Assembly: GCA_965649055.1 (NCBI GenBank) | Contig: CBFGJG010000025.1 | Coordinates: 1 to 28,635 of the forward strand | DNA: 28,635 nucleotides | Source: a candidate division WOR-3 bacterium | GTDB lineage: Bacteria; Hydrothermota; UBA3072; B12-G15 | Direction: 5' to 3' | Part shown: one piece after another, positions 26,901 to 28,635 of the stretch | How the letters are laid out: every line of letters starts with the position of its first letter | How positions within the stretch are numbered: the first letter of the stretch is position 1 | Made by a program: the position numbers and the translations under genes | The notes under the pieces: generated by a model | The model's input: the letters and a program-made list of their open reading frames with translations, nothing else | Databases searched by the model: none | What the model was told of the DNA's origin: nothing

Positions 26901-27309
26901 CCTTGTTAAGGTGTAATTCAAGATTTTTCCTCACCTTCTGGACAACTGATTCTATAACTTTTACAGCCTTCCTTGTTGCCTCTTCAGGATTATCCATATG
27001 TGGCCACGAAACCTGTTCCCTTATATTTGCAATCTCAACCCTGTATGGATTTAACCCTGCTTTTATAGCAGCATTACGGAATGTCCTTTCGTGTAATGTC
27101 GGAGAACAGTTTGCAACAACAGCACCATCAAGATTATATTCCCTTATCTTGTCAATGAACAACTGCTGCCCGGGTTCAGAACACATATACATATATGTTG
27201 TTGAGAAGACAACATCCTTTATATTCTTTGCCTCTTCTGCAACCTTTTTTACATCAATAGTTCCTGCTATATTCAGACCACAATGACATATGAAGACACC
27301 AATCCTCAT
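23947..27309 (-). CDS. hdrA: Large heterodisulfide reductase subunit A with an inserted GltD/NfnB-like NAD(P)H-binding module (HdrL-like)
   Basis: HdrA motifs 'GVFICHCG', 'GGGIAG', 'TFPTLDC', 'CAGSRD', 'YCSRICC' and 'PKDI', plus a C-terminal ferredoxin domain. The insert carries 'PPCKARCP', 'GRICTHPCE', 'GAGPAG' and 'GGGNSAID'. Confidence 0.92.
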   Translation of the reverse strand: MRIGVFICHCGLNIAGTIDVKKVAEEAKNIKDVVFSTTYMYMCSEPGQQLFIDKIREYNLDGAVVANCSPTLHERTFRNAAIKAGLNPYRVEIANIREQVSWPHMDNPEEATRKAVKVIESVVQKVRKNLELHLNKVPITKRALVIGGGIAGIQASLDIADGGYEVVLVEKEPTIGGKMILLSETFPTLDCPQCIETPKMTDVGQHPNIKLYTYSEIDSVSGYIGNFNVKIRRKSAYVDYSKCKGCADCSEVCPVLIPDNYNGYLSLKKAIYRPFAQAVPNVFTIEKKGTPPCKARCPAHLNVQGYVAATRAGRFDQGIKIIREESRFPFAGVAGRICTHPCEGECDRKNVDESVIIKYIKRFLADWEWNTKGKIDTNFEIKEERKEKITIIGAGPAGLICAYDLRLEGFQVEVIDKLPEPGGLLLTGIPSYRLPKDVLRREIDFIKSTGVKFRMNTEVGKDITFKEILENSDAVFIGAGAHREMEMGIEGENLQGVIGALDFLKKVNLGEKVELGENVFVVGGGNSAIDAARTALRLGKKVKIIYRRSIEEMPAIKDEVEAAVEEGIEILFLTNPVKFIGENGKLKKVELIKMKLGEPDSSGRRRPIPVEGSNYTIDCDNVILAIGERPELSFLGDIDIKKTKWESILTDEITLQTSIPKVFAGGDVSRGPATFIDAVGDGRRAAESIKKFLNNEDLYENREFEPPFKSELIGYRELAEKIPRMKMPSIPVSSRINNFNEVEIGYSDKDIVEQAKRCINCGGCSECKLCVEKCEPKAIDHNLKDQIIEEKVGAIVVATGFELLNLKEIPEYGGGKIPDVIDGLQFERLLCASGPTAGVPKRPSDGKIPESIAFISCAGSRDPAHNLAYCSRICCMYLGKQAMLYKHQVHDGKAYVFYIDIRSNGKGYEEFIQRAKEEEEVLYVRGKVSKIYRKNDKIVILGVDTLLGERIELEVDMVVLGTAMIPSLGAKELAKKLRIPTDAYGWMQEVHLKLRPLETATSGIFIAGVSQFPKDITDTVSHASGAASKVLSLFSKDEFLREPVIANVDTEICAGCGFCEAICPYSAITIDKKKKVSVVNEAICEGCGACSAGCPSGAITLKNLSKSQVFDMVHIITEDY

Positions 27310-28175
27310 AAGAACTCCTTAAAATAAGGTTTCGGGTCTATCTTATTATATTTAAAACCTATAAATTCCTCAGGAAGACCGAATGACAATGCAAGAATCT
27401 GCGTGAAGTATAAAACAGGCATCTTTCTAAAACCAAGGTATTTCTTGGAACAATCTTCCTGTCTTGACTCAAGATTAAAATCACACAAAGGACAACTTAA
27501 AACGATTGAAGATGCACCTAATTCCCTTGCAAGATTCACAATAGAATAAGTCTTGTCAAGGACAACATCCTTGTCTTTTATTGTATGGTATGAACCGCAG
27601 CATTCCGTCTTAAAAGGAAATTCAATAACCTCAGCACCTGTCAGAGAAAGTATATCTTCCATTATCGCAGGCAATTCCATATCATCAACGGCAATCTCCT
27701 TTGGTCTTAAAAGCAGGCAACCATAGTATGGTGCAATTTTCAAACCTTTCAAAGGCTTCTTTATTTTTTCTTTTATCTTTTTTAATCCAGCATCTTTTAA
27801 AACCTGTAATATATGCATGACATCAACAGTGCAATCGTATTTTGTATTTTCCTCGTACATAAAATCATTCAATTTATCCAGTTTTTCCTTATCTTTCCTG
27901 ACAAGCAAATCTGCCCTTTTTATTGTGTTATAGCACATGGAACAAAGTGTCAGAAGCCTATCATATCCTTCTTCTTTTGCCCTTATTAAATTCCTTAAAG
28001 GTGCAAGCTGATGCATCAGGTCATCTGATGCAAGAGAATAAACGGTTCCGCAGCAATTCCATCTTGAAAGTTCCTTTACATCAATTCCGAGTTCCTTCAA
28101 TATTCCGAGTGAAGAGACTTCAAAATTCTGTGCATCTGATTTCAAGGTGCATCCCGGATAGTATGCTAATCTCAT
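27306..28175 (-). CDS. hdrB: Heterodisulfide reductase subunit B
   Basis: Two CCG domains: 'YYPGC...WNCCG...CSMC' and 'YYGC...ECCG...CPLC'. Confidence 0.95.
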   Translation of the reverse strand: MRLAYYPGCTLKSDAQNFEVSSLGILKELGIDVKELSRWNCCGTVYSLASDDLMHQLAPLRNLIRAKEEGYDRLLTLCSMCYNTIKRADLLVRKDKEKLDKLNDFMYEENTKYDCTVDVMHILQVLKDAGLKKIKEKIKKPLKGLKIAPYYGCLLLRPKEIAVDDMELPAIMEDILSLTGAEVIEFPFKTECCGSYHTIKDKDVVLDKTYSIVNLARELGASSIVLSCPLCDFNLESRQEDCSKKYLGFRKMPVLYFTQILALSFGLPEEFIGFKYNKIDPKPYFKEFL

Positions 28176-28579
28176 GATGATAGTTTCCTCATTGCAGAGA
28201 CAAATGCGATTGGTGGAACGCCTTCTCTCTCTTTTTCCGATATTTCATTTATAAGTATATAATCCTTCTTATTCCTTGTTTCAACAACCCTTATTGCCTC
28301 CATTATAGCAGCAATATCAATCTCCTTCGGGCATCTTGAAGAACAGGTGAAACAGGAAGCACAAATCCAATGTGTATTCTTACCAAGTATATATTCAACC
28401 TTTCCTTCCTGTAAGAGCATCAAGACCTGATTTGGAAGGATATCCATAAAGGGAGACGAAGGGCAACCTGCAGAGCATTTACCGCACTGATAGCATTTAA
28501 ACACATTCGTATTACTCAGTTCTTCTATCTTCCTTACTATTTCATTCCTTATATCTTTATCTTTTAATTTTATTTCCAT
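28172..28579 (-). CDS. hdrC: Heterodisulfide reductase subunit C
   Basis: 'CYQCGKCSAGCP' and 'WICASCFTCSSRCP'; start revised to the ATG at 28579 from the promoter position. Confidence 0.93.
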   Translation of the reverse strand: MEIKLKDKDIRNEIVRKIEELSNTNVFKCYQCGKCSAGCPSSPFMDILPNQVLMLLQEGKVEYILGKNTHWICASCFTCSSRCPKEIDIAAIMEAIRVVETRNKKDYILINEISEKEREGVPPIAFVSAMRKLSS

Positions 28580-28586
28580 TTTCAAG

Positions 28587-28614
28587 ATTTTATGCAAGAC
28601 AATATTTTTGTCAA
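28587..28614 (-). promoter_or_regulatory. sigma70 promoter for the hdr operon (leaderless start)
   Basis: Minus strand TTGACA (28614-28609), 16 bp, TAAAAT (28592-28587), 7 nt, ATG at 28579. Confidence 0.65.
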
Positions 28615-28635
28615 TAAAAAATGAAAAAAATTTTT

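Noticed and set aside
20068..28177. Multiple + strand ORFs opposite the hdr operon (e.g. 20442-20993, 23960-24361, 26903-27286)
   Set aside because: Antisense shadows of well-supported genes.

Overview
AT-rich bacterial chromosomal window from a probable anaerobe; a candidate-phylum origin (WOR-3/FCB-like) is only a guess from gene content. It has four blocks. (1) 1-4564, minus strand: the leader-proximal end of a CRISPR array (36-bp repeat, one 40-bp spacer), a structured leader with a perfect sigma70 promoter, and an apparent operon of RDD membrane protein, Zn-ribbon membrane protein, cas1, cas2 and an APE2256/Crn1-like CARF ring nuclease. Upstream lie two orphan, probably paralogous, genes sharing a hairpin-RBS motif. 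(2) 4897-18016, plus strand: a housekeeping run of alaS, ferredoxin, archaeal-type geranylgeranyl reductase, GGGP synthase, nucleotidyltransferase, gmhA, ispE, spoVG, tRNA-Gln, prs, rplY, pth, rpsF, ssb, rpsR, rplI, DUF151, dtd, yicC and gmk. (3) A GAF-GAF-HD-GYP gene followed by a short intergenic cluster of DnaA boxes and IHF sites. (4) 20027-28614, minus strand: an apparently complete 7-gene operon of hdrC, hdrB, hdrA (with an inserted GltD-like NAD(P)H module), frdB-like, frdA-like, mvhD and fdhB-like genes. Three operon-leading genes appear to be transcribed leaderless. All family calls come from recognising motifs by eye; no searches were run.
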